A stretch of DNA of 64,000 bases from Mobula hypostoma (lineage: Eukaryota). Below the pieces are notes generated by a model. That model searched no databases. It saw nothing but the letters and a program-made list of their open reading frames with translations, and was not told the origin of the DNA. The stretch lies in contig NC_086109.1 in NCBI RefSeq assembly GCF_963921235.1, positions 22,632,001 through 22,696,000 on the forward strand, given 5' to 3'. A program made the position numbers and the translations under genes. Positions 1 through 12,939 of the stretch are shown in pieces; within the stretch, counting starts at the first letter, position 1; the number at the start of each line of letters is the position of its first letter.

Positions 1-990
1 ACTGAGCCTGGACTTGGACTCGGACTTGGACCCAGAGCCTGGACTTGGACTTGTACACGGGATGACAAAACCAAACAAAGACAGACAATTCGTATCTTGG
101 CTCGGAGGAGTGGCAAATGGCCAGCAATCCCTTAGCTGGACACGAAGAGACAGAATTCCCAACTCGGAGTAGCGGCAAACGGCCGGACAACTCAGCTGGA
201 AACGAGACGACTAAACCAAACAACAACAGACAATCCATATCTTGACACAGAGTAGCTCATGAAGCAGCAAACAGCCAGAAACCACTCAACTGGACACGAA
301 GAGACAGAATTCTGAACTCAGAGTAGCGGCAAACGGCTGGACCTACTCAGCTGGAAACGAGACGACTAAACCAACCAATGACAGACAATACGAATCTTGA
401 CATGGAGTAGCTCATGAAGTTCCCACTGGGCCAAAAGGCCTGTATTCTTTGAGGGCCAAAGGGCCTGCATTGTGCTGTAGGTTTTCTATGTTTTTCTAAG
501 CGGCAAACAGCTGGCAACCCCTTAGCTGGACACGAAGAGACAGAATTCCCAACTTGGAGTAGCGGCAAACGGCTGGACCTGCTCAGCTGGAAACGAGACG
601 ACAAAAACCAAACAATGTCAGTCCATTTGTATCTTGGCTCGGAGTGGCGGCAATCAGTCAGCAAATCTCAGCTGGACATGAAAATGACAGAATTCGCATC
701 TTGACTTGGAGTAGCGGCAAATCGGCCGGCAACTCAGCTGGACACGAAAACGACTAAATTCACTAAGCAGCCACAGGCACCGAAGCAACTTAGAGTCCAC
801 GGTTCTCGGAGGCTCCGGGACGAGCATAGCTACACTGGCTACGGTGACGAACCAGCCGCGAGTAGATGTAAGCGGGAGTCTTTATGCTGCCGGTTCGAAT
901 GAGGATCAGGTGCCCTAATCAAGGAGCCCAGTGGAACACGGGGAAAAGGAAATTAACTGAAATGAGGAGTCAACAGACTGGACCGTGACA
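1..990 (-). mobile_element. Gypsy-type LTR (cut off by window start) containing an internal tandem array
   Basis: The plus strand ends ...ccgtgaca at 990, i.e. a TGTCACGG LTR start on the minus strand, followed by CACCTG and a TATA-like CATAAAGA. It abuts a Penelope fragment at 991. Confidence 0.6.
61..760. repeat. Degenerate tandem array of ~150 bp units built from two related subunits
   Basis: Recurring agctggacacgaagagacagaattc / ggagtagcggcaaacggc / cagctggaaacgagacgac blocks. A (ggactt)-like minisatellite precedes it at 1-53. Confidence 0.85.
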
Positions 991-1508
991 ATGGGTGGGC
1001 AAGGTGATAAGGTGAGAAAGGGGAAAGGGGATGAGGAATGGTGAAGGAGGTGGGGGTGAAAGTATTACTGGAAGTTCAAGAAATTGAAGTTCATGCCATC
1101 AGGTTGGAGGCTACCAAGATGAAACAGAAGGTTCCTCCAACATGAGCGTGGCCTTATCATGACAGTGGATGAAGCCATGGAGTGACATATTTGAATGGAA
1201 ATAGTAAGTGGTATTAAAATGGGTGGCCACTGGGAGATCCCGCCTTTTTTGACAGACGAAGCATGGGTGCTCAGCGAAGCGTTCTCCAAATCTACGTCGA
1301 GTCTCACCAATATACAAGAGACCACACCAGGAGCACCAAACACAGCATATGACCCCAACAGACTCACAGATAAAGTGTTGCCTCACCTGGAAGGAATGTT
1401 TGAGACCCTGGATGGTAGTGACGGAGGAGATGTAGGGGCAGGTATAGCACTTGTTCTGCTTGCAAGGATAAGTAACAAGAGAGGGATCAATGGGGAGAGA
1501 TGAATAGA
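991..1508 (-). mobile_element. Penelope-like element 3' fragment (GIY-YIG endonuclease, decayed)
   Basis: ORF 1111..1782 contains CKQNKCYTC...VICCVWCSWCGLLYIGETRRRFGERFAEH, a Cys motif plus the YIGET GIY-YIG signature. Confidence 0.9.
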
Positions 1509-1550
1509 CAATGGAGTTGCTTTGCCACAACCCAAAGGTAATAAATGCTG

Positions 1551-1680
1551 ACACGAGAAAATCTGCAGATGCTGGAAATTCAAGCAACGCACACACAAAA
1601 CGCTGGTGGAACGCAGCAGGCCAGGCAGCATCTATAGGAAGAAGTACAGTCGATGGTTCGGGTCCAGACCCTTCGTCAGG
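1551..1680 (-). mobile_element. Solo Penelope pseudo-LTR with degenerate hammerhead motif
   Basis: Flanked by the perfect 15-bp direct repeat aggtaataaatgctg (1536-1550 and 1678-1692). Minus strand reads cctgacgaagggtctggacccgaaccatcgactg. Confidence 0.85.
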
Positions 1681-1959
1681 TAATAAATGCTGGTCTTGTC
1701 TGTGATGTCCACATCCTAAAAATATATATGTCGTAGGACTTGAGCTGTCTTTAGCTTCAACTCGCTTTGAGTCATTTAGCACAGAAACAGACGTTCTGTA
1801 TTAATGGAGACACAAGAGACTGCAAGTGCTGGAATCAAGATTAAAATTAGCTTTATTTGTCACATGTATAGTGAAGCATCAAAGCATTCACTGAGGTGCG
1901 TTGCTTGTGTCAACAACCAATATGGTCCGAGGATGTGCTGGGGCCAGTCAGCAAGTGTC

Positions 1960-2165
1960 TCCATGCTTTTGGCACCTACATAGTATGCCCACAACTTGCT
2001 AGCCCTGATCTGCATGTCTTTGGAAGGTAGGACAAATCTGGAGCCCCGGAGGAAACTCGCATGGTCACGGGAAGAACATACAAGCTCCTTGCAGACAGAG
2101 GCAGGAATTGAAAGCTCATCTTCTGATACCTGCTGCTTTAAAGCATTAAGCTAGCTGCTACACGG
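1960..2165 (-). mobile_element. V-domain tRNA-derived SINE (HE1-like)
   Basis: Reverse complement of the gtgggtttcctccgggtgctccggtttcctcccaca V-domain, plus a degenerate tRNA head. Confidence 0.7.
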
Positions 2166-2689
2166 CCCAGCTCCTCCTGAAGCAAAAGACAAACTGCTGG
2201 AGGAACTCGAGGGATGAGTGGCAATGGAGGGGGATAAGGATTTATCGATATTTTAGGTCAGAACTGTTTCAGGACCTTACATTAATCCCATCTTATTGTC
2301 CTCACGTTTCCACCAACATTGCCAGATTCTACCACTAACCTACTAATCTGCACACCTTTGAAAGGTGGGCTGAAATCAGGGCATTCGGAGGAAACTCATG
2401 CAGTTAAATCCAAAACATGCGAACTCCACACAGACAGTACTGGAGATTAGGACTAAAAACAATTCACTGGAACTGTGAAGCAGCTATTGTATTGGCTGCA
2501 TACTGTTTTCATCCATTTTATAACTTGTTATATAGCTTGCTATCAAACATTGTCTTTACATTTTTTGTAAAATACTTGGGGGTCTTCCGCTGCATTAAGG
2601 ATACCATACGTTCTCCCCATGACTGCATGGGTTTCCTCCAGGTGCTCTGATTTCCTCCCACATTCCAAAGACATACGATTCCTTGAACA

Positions 2690-2968
2690 TAAGTCCACAA
2701 TCTATGGACTCACTTTCAAGGACTCTTCGTCTAATGTACTTGATATTTATCATCATTATTATTATCTTTCTTTTTATATTTGCACCATTAGTTGTCTTTT
2801 GCACACTGGTTGAATGCCCAAGTTGGTGCGGTCTCTCATTGATTCTATTATGGTTATTATTCAATTATGGATTTTTTGAGTATGCCCTTATGAAAATGAA
2901 TCTCTGGGTTGTATATGGTGACATATATGTACTTTGATAATAAATTTACTTTGAGCTTTGATCTTTGA
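2690..2968 (+). mobile_element. Rex1/Babar-like LINE 3' UTR
   Basis: Ends ...tactttgataataaatttactttgagctttgatctttga; the same end recurs at 4315 and 56900, and inverted at 14935 and 28705. Confidence 0.65.
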
Positions 2969-3924
2969 TTAGGGTTAGTAAGTTGCAGGCTTGCTATGTT
3001 GGCATTGGAAGTGTGTCTGCCCCCAGCGCATCTCAAATGATGATGCTAACATCACATTTCACTGTATATTTCAATGTATAAGTGACAAATAAAGTTAATT
3101 TTTAAAAAAATTTGCTGCAGAAGAGAATTGATGCAAATTTCACAATCTCGCTGCGAAAATGAAATTCACTTTTGATGCAAAATTGTGAGCTCAGGGTTAT
3201 GCCTTTCTGAATTGAAACAGCCATTTGTTCCTCTTGTTTGTGTCCCATGCAGATGGTTAGCAAATTGGCTGATTACTGCTGAAGTAAAGGGTTTAATTTA
3301 TAAAGCGCTAATCAAACAGCTTGTTAATTGAGGCACCAACAGGGTAACAAGCAAAGGATGTAAATATACTTGACCTCGTCTTTCTTATTATTTATGGCTT
3401 TCTCCTTGCAATCACATTTCATGGATTCTGCATGAAGTTAGGATCATGCTCCACGTTCCTTCCATTGATGAATCAACTATAATTTCTGTCCATGCCCAAC
3501 TGCAACAACACATTGATTGACTGAGTGATCTAGCACTTTACTGTCTCTGAGAACATTCCAGGAGATGAGATTGGGCCTCCTGGTGAAGCTTAGAGACAGG
3601 GCATGAGCCTGTGATCAACTCCATTTTGTTAATGAAAAGTGTCCATTAATTGCCAATTGAAGTGTCAAAGAAGATTGAAACATCGAGGCGAATGTGGAAG
3701 GCGAGCGAAGATTCAGTGCCAACTACCTTCATCTTGCTGTACTGTGACGGATCTCTGCCAGAAAAGGTGTCTGTATGTGTCCACCTATCTCCTCGCTTTT
3801 GTTGGATAAGGTGTCAATGTGTGACCACCTATTTTCTTGCTATTCTCCTCTGCGTTTGAGTTGTCCTCCTCTCCTTCGATGCCGTCGAAAGAGGTTACCA
3901 AAGTTCTGCAATTCATGGACTCTT

Positions 3925-4315
3925 TCGGTTTTGTGTCTTTCATATTCTGTGCTTTCGCCCGTTCTTTCATATTGCTGTCTGAGCGATTTAATTCGGGGGG
4001 GGTGTTGAGTTGGGGTTTGTCACTCTTTGTACTATTGCAATTTAATTTTGGCATGTCTTGTGATTTCTTTTGAGCAGGGGTGGGGTTTGAAGTTCTTAAG
4101 GTTTGACGATTGTTTTTCTGCATGGGGGTGGTGTTTGATGCTCTTGTTGCCATTGTGATTTAAATTTGGGGCAATTTGTAAGTTTTTTTTTGTGCGGGGT
4201 AGGGGTTTGAACGACTTCCATGGTTTTCTTTGCTTTGTGGCTATCTGCAGAAGGCGAATCTTAGAGACGTATACTGCACACTACTTTGATAATAAATGAA
4301 TCTTTGAACTTCGAA
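3925..4315 (+). mobile_element. Rex1/Babar-related non-coding element 3' part
   Basis: Shares ...gtggctatctg...aatcttag...tactttgataataaa...tttgaact with the copies at 28705-29462 and 56370-56900. Confidence 0.55.
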
Positions 4316-4606
4316 CATTACATTATGTAGCACTTTAAATGTCATTATGTATCCCAAGGTGCTTCACCGAAGCGTTGCAAACTGCTGACCCAAATACGGA
4401 GCTAAAAGATGATAAAAAGTTTTGCCAAAAAGTAGGTCAAAGTCAAAGCAGAGTTTACTGTCATATGCATGATTACATGTAAGCCCAGGTGCAATGAAAA
4501 ACTGACTAGTATTAGCATCACAGGAGCATAGCATCCGATATGCTGTATTTGCAAGAAAAACAGAAGTGGAACAAAGAGGTTTAGGGAGAAAAATATAGAT
4601 GGTTCT

Positions 4607-4772
4607 AAGTTCAAATCCAGTGGGGTCCCAACCTGGGCAACAGCAGTATCTGTGCGGTAGGAAGGCCTGGCAATCGACTTCCATATCTTACCACGAAAAC
4701 CCCATGGACAACTACACTATCTATAGGTCCACCATGAGTCAACAACAACTCGATGGCAGTCAACAACAACAC
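4607..4772 (+). mobile_element. RTE-tailed SINE
   Basis: B-box-like aagttcaaatcc, an RTE/BovB-type 3' end (gaaaaccccatggac...ccatgagtc...actcgatggcag) and a (CAA)n tail. Confidence 0.6.
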
Positions 4773-5514
4773 CATATATATGTATATGCCATATATACTG
4801 TTAAAAATATATCTGCTTTGCAGAAGTGGGGAAAATCACCAATGGAAAGAAATGGGGAGGACTGAAGGTGAGGGGGTCATATTGAGGGTAAATTGATTGG
4901 AGGAAAAGTAAGGATAAGGTGTTAGGCTTGCTTATCCATGTCTGAGCCCAGCTGTGTCTGCAGCAGCAGAGTATAATTGCCATTTGATATAATTCAGACA
5001 GCTTTCATTAAAATAATGGACATAATGGAAATTAGTAAAATATGCAATTCATAGATTTGAAAATGGGGATTGAAATTTGTGATGTGCATTTCTTCAATCA
5101 GCTCCAGTTATTCATGTTGGCTTCATATATTACCCAAGAAAAAGCTTATACTCTGCATTGTTTAGACATGCCAATTCCATTCTGCTGGTAATTTTTGTGT
5201 GGAAATTCTCAGAGGGTGCATGATTAGTGAGATCTCCGTGAGCGGAAAGTGAGAGTAATTTAGCTCTGTGAATTCAATGGAAATTGGAAATTGGCAGAAT
5301 ATAATTAATATCACTGGCGTGTGTGTGAAATATGCTGTTCTGTGGCAGCAGTACATTGTAATACATATTAAAAGCCTATAGATTACAATAAAACATAATT
5401 ACAAAAGTAATATATATATTTCTTACTGTAATTTATAGATTTCATTGTAATTTATAGCCATAAAACAGCAAATTTCACAACATATGCCAGTGATAGTAAA
5501 TCTTATTCTGATTC

Positions 5515-5815
5515 GCTGGTGTCATAGCAGTTAGCGTGACGGTATTACAGTTTGGGGCGTACTGGAGTTGGGAGTTCGGTTACAGTGCTGTCCTGTAAGA
5601 AGTTTCTGTACGTCCTCCCCCCATGGAATGCATGGGTTTCCTCTGGGTCCTCTGGTTCCTTCACATAGTCAAAGCTGTGTCAGGTATGTTAAATGGTCAT
5701 TGTAAATTGTCCTGTGATTAGGTTAGGGTTAACTAGGGTTGTGGGGTTGACAAGGCAGTGTGGCTCGACAGGCCCAAAGGGCCTACTCCACACTGCATCC
5801 TAATAAATAAATAAA
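5515..5815 (+). mobile_element. V-domain tRNA-derived SINE
   Basis: A-box-like tagcagttagc, B-box-like gagttcggtt, V-domain catgggtttcctctgggtcctctggttcc, CR1-like 3' end and (TAAA)n tail. Confidence 0.8.
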
Positions 5816-5979
5816 CAAACCGACAAATAAATAAATAAAAATAAAGAGTAAAACAGTAAAAGAAGAGCACTCATCAGCAATTTCTCACGGCTTCTGTGGG
5901 TGGGCAGTAAACCTACAGAAGCCCTGACCACAATGTGAAGATTAATTTTAGAAATATAACTGTTCTGTTAGTATGGCCT

Positions 5980-6391
5980 TCTCTACTTGGAGCAACAGAG
6001 GATGAGCGGTGACCTGATAGAGGTGTATAAGATGGTGAGAGGAAATGTTTGTGTGGATAGCCAGAGGCTTTTTCCCAGGGCTGAAATGGCTAACGCTGAG
6101 GAGCTTAGTTTTAAGGTGCTTGGAAGGAGGTACAAGGGGGATGTCAGAGGTAACTTAAAGTGGTGGGTGTGTGGAATGCACTGCCAGCAACAGTGGTAGA
6201 GGCAGATAGAATAGGCTCTTTTGAGGGACTCTTAGATAGGTACCTGGAGTTTAGAAAAATAGAGGGCTATGCGGTAGGTAATTTCTTGGCAGTTTCTAGA
6301 GTAGGTTACATGGTCGGCACAACATTGTGGGCTGAAGGGCCTGTAATGTGCTGTAGATTTCTATGATTCTATGATTTTATGATTCTATGTT
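5980..6391 (+). mobile_element. CR1 LINE 3' fragment
   Basis: ORFs give ...RMSGDLIEVYKMVRG... and ...VWNALP...; (TTCTATGA)n octamer tail. Confidence 0.9.
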
Positions 6392-9300
6392 CGGCAGACT
6401 GATCCCATGCACACAAATGGGAGAAGCTATAAAATCTTGAGTTCCATTCTTCTGTGCTTTTTGAGAAAGAGTTAAAGCAGTCTGTGTTAATTCGTTGCAA
6501 CAGACAATCCAGTGGAAGAACACAAAAAGCAAGTTTGCCTCTGTGGAAGGAAAGGAACTGTCAATGCTTGGGTCTGTACCTTGCACCAGGACTGCAGCGA
6601 TGTTGTTCGACCTGCTAAATTCTTCCAACAGTTTTTTTTTGTTGCTCTAGATTACTCCATCAGTCTCTTGTATCTCCAGAGACAATTCACCTCCTGCCTC
6701 TGCAACCCGGCAATTTTTTGACAGTGAGATTTATTTGAAATTTCCCAGTGAAATCCTCTAATGAGACAGAAAATTAGAAACCAGATGAAATAAGGACACA
6801 TGGTAAATGAATTTCCACTCAAGTGTAACTGTGAGGCATTCTGAATATGAATGCAAAGCAAAGGTAAATGGTAGAGTTTTGGAAATGAAAGGTTTGACAC
6901 ATCACAGTCGGAACTAGGTATGGAAGGAAGCAATATACTGTAAGTGGAACCATTTGGAAAGATAAAGTAATGCATGATACCCTGTCTGGTACATGACTGT
7001 TTGCGGAAGATAGCATTTATAATTTGCACAGGTCAATGTATTTCCATCATCAAATGCATGGAATTAATCCAATTTCACAGAGCTAACTTACTCTCACTTT
7101 CCATTCACAGAGATCTCACTTATCATCCAACCTCTGAGGATTTCCATACAAAATCTAACTGCAGAATGGAATTCTTGTATCTAAGAACATTATTTAAGGT
7201 TTTTCTTGGGGAAGATATGGGGCCAACATGTCATAATCACAGATTCTGCTGCAGGGTCTATGTGCCCACACAGGTGGGCTGCACAACAGGTTTGACAATC
7301 ACACTTGTGAGTATGCACATTCTAGCTAATTAGTATTCCATTATGGTGGTATTTAACTCCCTTCTTCTTATTCGAGTCTTGATAAGACTTGACCAAAAGC
7401 TCAGAAATGTTTACACCCCTGACTTATCCTTGCCCTTGTCTAGGGAAGAGGACTACTATTTCGACTGGCGCTATCAAGGACAGTATTCATTTGGTATTAG
7501 TTATTGCTTCCAGCCACGGTGTTGGCATTGATTTTCAGTTTGAGAGTTTTAGTTAATGAAGGTATTGGCTTAGCATTAATTGTTTTTCTTTTCCTTTAAA
7601 TCCTGCAACAGTTCTCATTAAAGTCAGTGAACTGTTGACCTGGTTCTGTATCTCTCTCTCTCTGCACTTGGACCATATCCAAAGGTTTTGACACAATATG
7701 GATAACTGGAGCTGAATAAAGAACCGCACATCAAAAATTTCAATAACCATTTCAAATCTATGAAATGTATATTTTATTAACTTCTTCTTACAAATCTGTA
7801 TGTTCCTTATTTTAATGAAAACTGTCTGTATCATATCAAATGGCAATTATACTCTGTTGCTGCAAATGCAGCTGGGCTCAGACGTAGAAATCTAGCCCAA
7901 TACCTTCTCCTTACTTTTCTTTCAACCTACCTGCCTTCAACATGATCTCCTCACCTTCAGTCCTCTCTCGCTTTCTTCCTTTTGGTTTTTGTCTCCACTT
8001 CCACACCATGCTCTGACCTCCTCTGACTTGTCTTACATTGGCCTCTTCCCACAGGATCAAGGATAAACTTTATTCACCATATACGTGCATTTACGTGTAT
8101 TAGGAGCTTGCTGTGGTCTGTTGTCACGACATGCAACAAAAGCAAAAATGTTCAACAATTATAAGGAATAAAGGTTATACAAAATGTAAAGTTAGAGGTT
8201 AAAAGAACACATAATGTGAATATGCAACCTGGAGAGGATACCCAGACACTATTATTGAACAAAACATCATACACAAGATAAGAAATGTTATATCCTTATA
8301 CATGCCTCCCTCTCTGGGCAGACTCCTTCACACTCCAGGTTACATGCCTCTATTCTACCCCATGTCTTTCGCCCAAAGAACAGATAGAAAGAGGACAGGA
8401 GGTTCAGATACTTTTACAAGTAAGGGTGCCTAAATACTGCGAAGGTCATCTATGAACCGATCACTTCATCCCCCCCCCCCCCCATTGTCAAGAGAGATGA
8501 ACTAGCTGTGGATAGGGAAATAATCAGTGTCTGCTGGGAAAAAAGAACTTCAAGGATCACCTCAACTGTGATTCTGCCCTTGACATTAGCGTCCCTAACT
8601 TCATCCTACCACAGCCTACCAAGTCCAGTCTTACTTCCACTCCGTCAAATTTCCTGCTGGTGTAGGACAAATCTACAGGAGTAATGGGAAACTTATGTTA
8701 CTTCCATTTCCGAATCAAGATCAGCCCAACCTCAGAAGTTAAGCTATACATTGCAAACTATGCTTGTGTTTGTGCTGGCTCAGAGACTGAAATCTGGTCG
8801 TTGTTAACCCATTCACTGGAGCATATAATCCTTGCATTCTTCTTTCAAAAAAATGATGCTTATTATACGCTATCCTCCAATAACAAAGGCACACTGTGAA
8901 ACATGATCTCAGAAGCTCCCCACAGGAGCTCTAACAGTGCAGGTGAAATTCATCATTACCTTTGTTTCAAGAATCACTCCTTAGTGTTAATGAGCAAAGA
9001 GAATCTATGATTATCGACAAGTAGCTTTATTGTCTAAACTAACCAGCACGTGAATTCATACACTTAGTACCTGTGTGCGCACCCACTACATTTCCCTGAC
9101 TCTCCTGAATAGTCAAAGAATAGAAAAGGTAATACCTGGACCAATGAGTCTACACTGTCCAGGTGTTCCTTGTAGTCCCAATGTACTCTCTATATGTTCC
9201 ATGTAGCGTCGCATGCACTTGTATCTGCGATGGTTAATTTTCAAAGTTGTCACTTCCTTGTATTTGAAACCCCTGCTTTTATATTCATTCCTTAACAGTT

Positions 9301-9939
9301 CAAATGTTGCATTTCAGTGTCATTGGCTGTGGTTGATCTGACTAACCTATAACAGCCTCTTTTTGGCTCTGGTCCCAGCCAGCATCCATGCATTGCCCTT
9401 CTTCCTAAAGTGAAAACCGATAATTTTATGGCTCTTTCTTCCAAGTAACTATAACTAGTTTGAATCACTCAGGCAGACACTATTCACAAACCTGCATATT
9501 ATATCTCACCAAAGAACACCTCACAAATAACTTATTTGGAAATTATCTCTTTTCCAGCAGATTACCTGGAGCATCATGTGTTTATTTTAAAACACTGATC
9601 AAGCCAAGCAGCCCATATTCACAAAATGGAGGATGCAGAGCAGCTTCACAAAATGGCAACCTCCATCCCTTCAGCCTCATGGCAAGAAAAAAGAGAATTG
9701 GTCTGTTTGCTTCCACTGTCCTTGATTCATTCGAATTCACTGATTTGTAGATTGTAGTTCTTTCTGGCCATCACCTTGAATCTACCAAAGGGCAAGTGTG
9801 AGCATCGTCAACTCAAAGCTCTCCTCCCACTTGTTCAACTATACTAACTTGATCATGTATTTGCCAATACCGGATATGATACTCATGAATTCTGACCTAT
9901 CAGTCTAAGTTGCTATTTTACATGTGATGTACCAGATGT

Positions 9940-10260
9940 CATGGGTAGCACAGTTGCTTAATGGTCTGTACAATGCTTTACAGCACCAGCGTTCGCTGAT
10001 CAGGGTTCAATTCCAGCTGCTGTCTGTAATGAGTACGTACGTTCTCTCCTTGACTGTTTGGTTTCCTTTGGGTACTCCAGTTTGCTCCCAATTTCCAAAG
10101 CTGTGTTAGTTACGGTTAGTGAGCTGTAGCCATGCTATATTGGCGCAGGAGGCTTGGTGACACTTGTGGGCTTTCCCCAGCACAACTTTGGACTATGTCG
10201 ATCCAAATGACCCATTTCACTGTGTTTCGATGCTTTGATGTACATGTGACAAATAGAGTT
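9940..10260 (+). mobile_element. V-domain tRNA-derived SINE
   Basis: B box gggttcaattcc, followed by gctgtctgtaa...tacgttctc...ggtttcctttgggtactccagttt. Confidence 0.75.
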
Positions 10261-10394
10261 CATCTTTGCAATGTACTGTATTTTAGGTAGCAACTCTTTG
10301 TGACCATTCCTTCTTTAAGCCTAGAAGTGTTTTTGTGAAGAACTTTGGACAATGGGTGATGCATTGAAAATAAATTTCCTCACTGCAACCAGAT

Positions 10395-11550
10395 TTATGA
10401 ATGATACAAAGGGAGGTGGGAAAGCATGCTGTGTGGAGCCTGCAAAGGGCTTTCAGAACGATATTGATAGTTTGTGAGTGGGCAAAATGTTGGCAAATGC
10501 TGTAATGTGGGAAAATGTGAGGCTGCTCATTTATAAAGAAACATGATGAAGCAGATTATGATCTAAATGGATACTGACTGAAGCAATCAGCAGTATAAAG
10601 GAACTTGGGGACCATCATAAACAACACGGAAAAAGAATTGGCACACAGGTGCACCAGGTAAGCAGGAAAGCTAATGAAATACGCAAACACGAGGAAATCT
10701 ACAGATGCTGGAAATTCAAGCAACACACACAGAATGCTGGTGGGACGCAGCAGACTAGACAGCATCCATAGGAAGAAACACGGTTGACGTTTCAGGCCGA
10801 GACCCTTCGTCAGGTCTCGGCCTGAAACGTCGACTGTGCTTCTCCCTATGGATGCTGTCTGGCCTGCTGCGTTCCACCAGCATTCTGTGTATGAAGCTAA
10901 TAAAATACTAGCATTTATTTTAAGATGGCTGGACTATCCAAGGGGGGAAGTCTGACTCTAACTCTAAATGTCACCAGTGAAGTTAGAGCTGGAACGTGGT
11001 GACGTTTTTGTTCCCTTACTTACACCATCACTGGTGCCAGTTCAGAAAATCACCAGGATGATTCTGAGAATGGAAGGATCTTTTTTAACAAGAAAATGTT
11101 GAACAGATTGAATCTGTACTCACTGGAGTTTAGAGTAGGGAGAGGCTTATTGAAACGGCTAAGATTCTTGGGGGTGGCGTTTCTAGAAGAGGTAAATATT
11201 CGAAGAATGTTTTCCTTCATGGGAGAGTCTCAGACCAGAAAGGCATAGGGTGAGATGTGGACTTGAGGCAAATTGGATTAGCCATGAATCTTAAAAGATT
11301 CTCAAAGTATATCAAGCGAAAGAAGTTAGCTAGGGAGAGAAAAGGTCAATGTATCAATGCCCTGTGAAATGGAAAAGTCTCAACTGTATTTATTGCGGAT
11401 AACGATATGGAAACTAATGGATTCAGGGGAGTGAGTGATGACATTCTGGAGCATTTCAACATTACAAAGGAGGAAGTGTTGGAAGCACTAAAACACATCA
11501 AGATGCATGAATCCCCAGGTCCTGATCATGTATCCTTATATGTAAATTGG
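10395..11550 (+). mobile_element. Old, decayed CR1 RT fragments interrupted by a Penelope pLTR hairpin
   Basis: Degenerate CR1 ORF2 3' motifs (tgggcaaaatgttggcaaatg, tgtactcactggagtttaga) and an upstream-type fragment (…atccccaggtcctgat). Confidence 0.65.
10683..10893. mobile_element. Palindromic Penelope pLTR-only insertion
   Basis: Inverted 78-bp arms at 10727-10804 and 10813-10890 with an 8-nt loop. Flanking duplication aagctaat(g/a)aaatac at 10668-10682 and 10894-10908. Confidence 0.85.
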
Positions 11551-12409
11551 AAGTAGCTGGGTGGAAACAAAGAAATCTTGGAAACAAACGAACTTCTCTT
11601 TAAACCTTTGTAACCTATGGATTCAATGTTCCAATGCACTGCCTTTGTGTGCCTCCTTCCACTACTGAGCTCAGTTTTGGGAGTAACTGCAGCATCTGTC
11701 TAACCCATTCACTTGATACTTCTCAATTGAACACGCTCCACTCTTCCTGTGATTCCATGCTTTGTAAACCCAGCTGAGTTCTTCATGGGGGTTCAATTAT
11801 CCACATTGAGCTTTACAATAATCAGCTTAATATTTATAGATAAATGGTGGAAAGTATATCAGCTATGCATGTTGTTTCTGCCACATGCCGACAGAAGCAG
11901 CATGCACACCAGATGCACTTCTTGTATCATTCATAGGGAAACCAATCAAACATCGTGGTTGGAACTTTACGTTGATATCACCAGATGAAGAGGGACAGGG
12001 GACGCTATATTCATATTCTCTTATGAGATAGAATGAGTCAGTCTACTGAGCCTTTGCCAGGTCTCAGAGAAATCCCATTTCACCCTCCACCCCAGTTTAT
12101 TGCCCTGAACTTGTTCTCTATCACGTGTCCATCCAATGTCAAGCTAAATCTCCCGAGTTCTACAAGGAGCAATTTGCTGTGGGAAATGAATCTATCAACC
12201 AGCACGTATTTGGAAGGTAGGAGGAAACAGGGTAACCTAGAGAAAGTCCATGCAGTTACAAGGAGAACATGCAAAACTGCACACAGACAGCATCAGAAGG
12301 CACAACCAAACCTGAGCTGGCTGGAGAGGTGTGGCAGTGGAACTATCTGCATCACCACTGCACTACAGGCAAGGAGCGCTAAGCAGTGGGTATTCTGAAG
12401 ATCCTATCA

Positions 12410-12770
12410 CGAATCAGAATCAGTTTTAGTATCACCGGCATATGTCTTTGCAGTAGCAGTACAACGCAATACATAATAACAAAGAAAAAAAATCTGTGGA
12501 TTATATTAAATATATATGTCAAAGAGTTAAATTAAATGGGAAGTACATAGAAAAGAAATAGTAAAGCAGTGAGGTAGTGTTCATGGGTTCAATGTCCATT
12601 AAGAAATAAGATGGCAGAGGAAAAGGAGCTGTTCCTGAATCATTGAGTGTGTGCCTTCAGGCTTCTGTACCTCCTTACTGATGGTAGCAATGAGAAGAGG
12701 GCATGTCCTGAGTGATAGGGGTCCTTAATGATGGATGTTGCCTTTTTGAGGCACCGCTCCTTGAAGATGC
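12410..12770 (-). mobile_element. Rex1/Babar-like LINE 3' fragment
   Basis: ORF 12640..12918 contains RCLKKATSIIKDPYHSGHALFSLLPSVRRYRSL, a typical Rex1/Babar ORF2 C-terminus. Confidence 0.8.
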
Positions 12771-12939
12771 AAAGAATGATGCAATGTGAAGTAATGCAAG
12801 ATAAAGACAAAATGCAAAGGAAGACCTTTGTAGATATGATGAATGAGGTCTGCAGGAGCTTAACGGATAAAGACGATGCCAGTGAAATACATGCCTGGAG
12901 GTGGAGAGGTGACATCAATCAAATAGTTCAGTGATTGCT

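Noticed and set aside
61..760. CRISPR-like repeat/spacer appearance
   Set aside because: The intervening sequences are themselves repeated, units are degenerate and long, there are no cas genes, and the context is vertebrate.
3225..3290. Acceptor-like pyrimidine tract followed by ATG
   Set aside because: Stops follow within a short distance in all three frames and there is no convincing donor; treated as non-coding.
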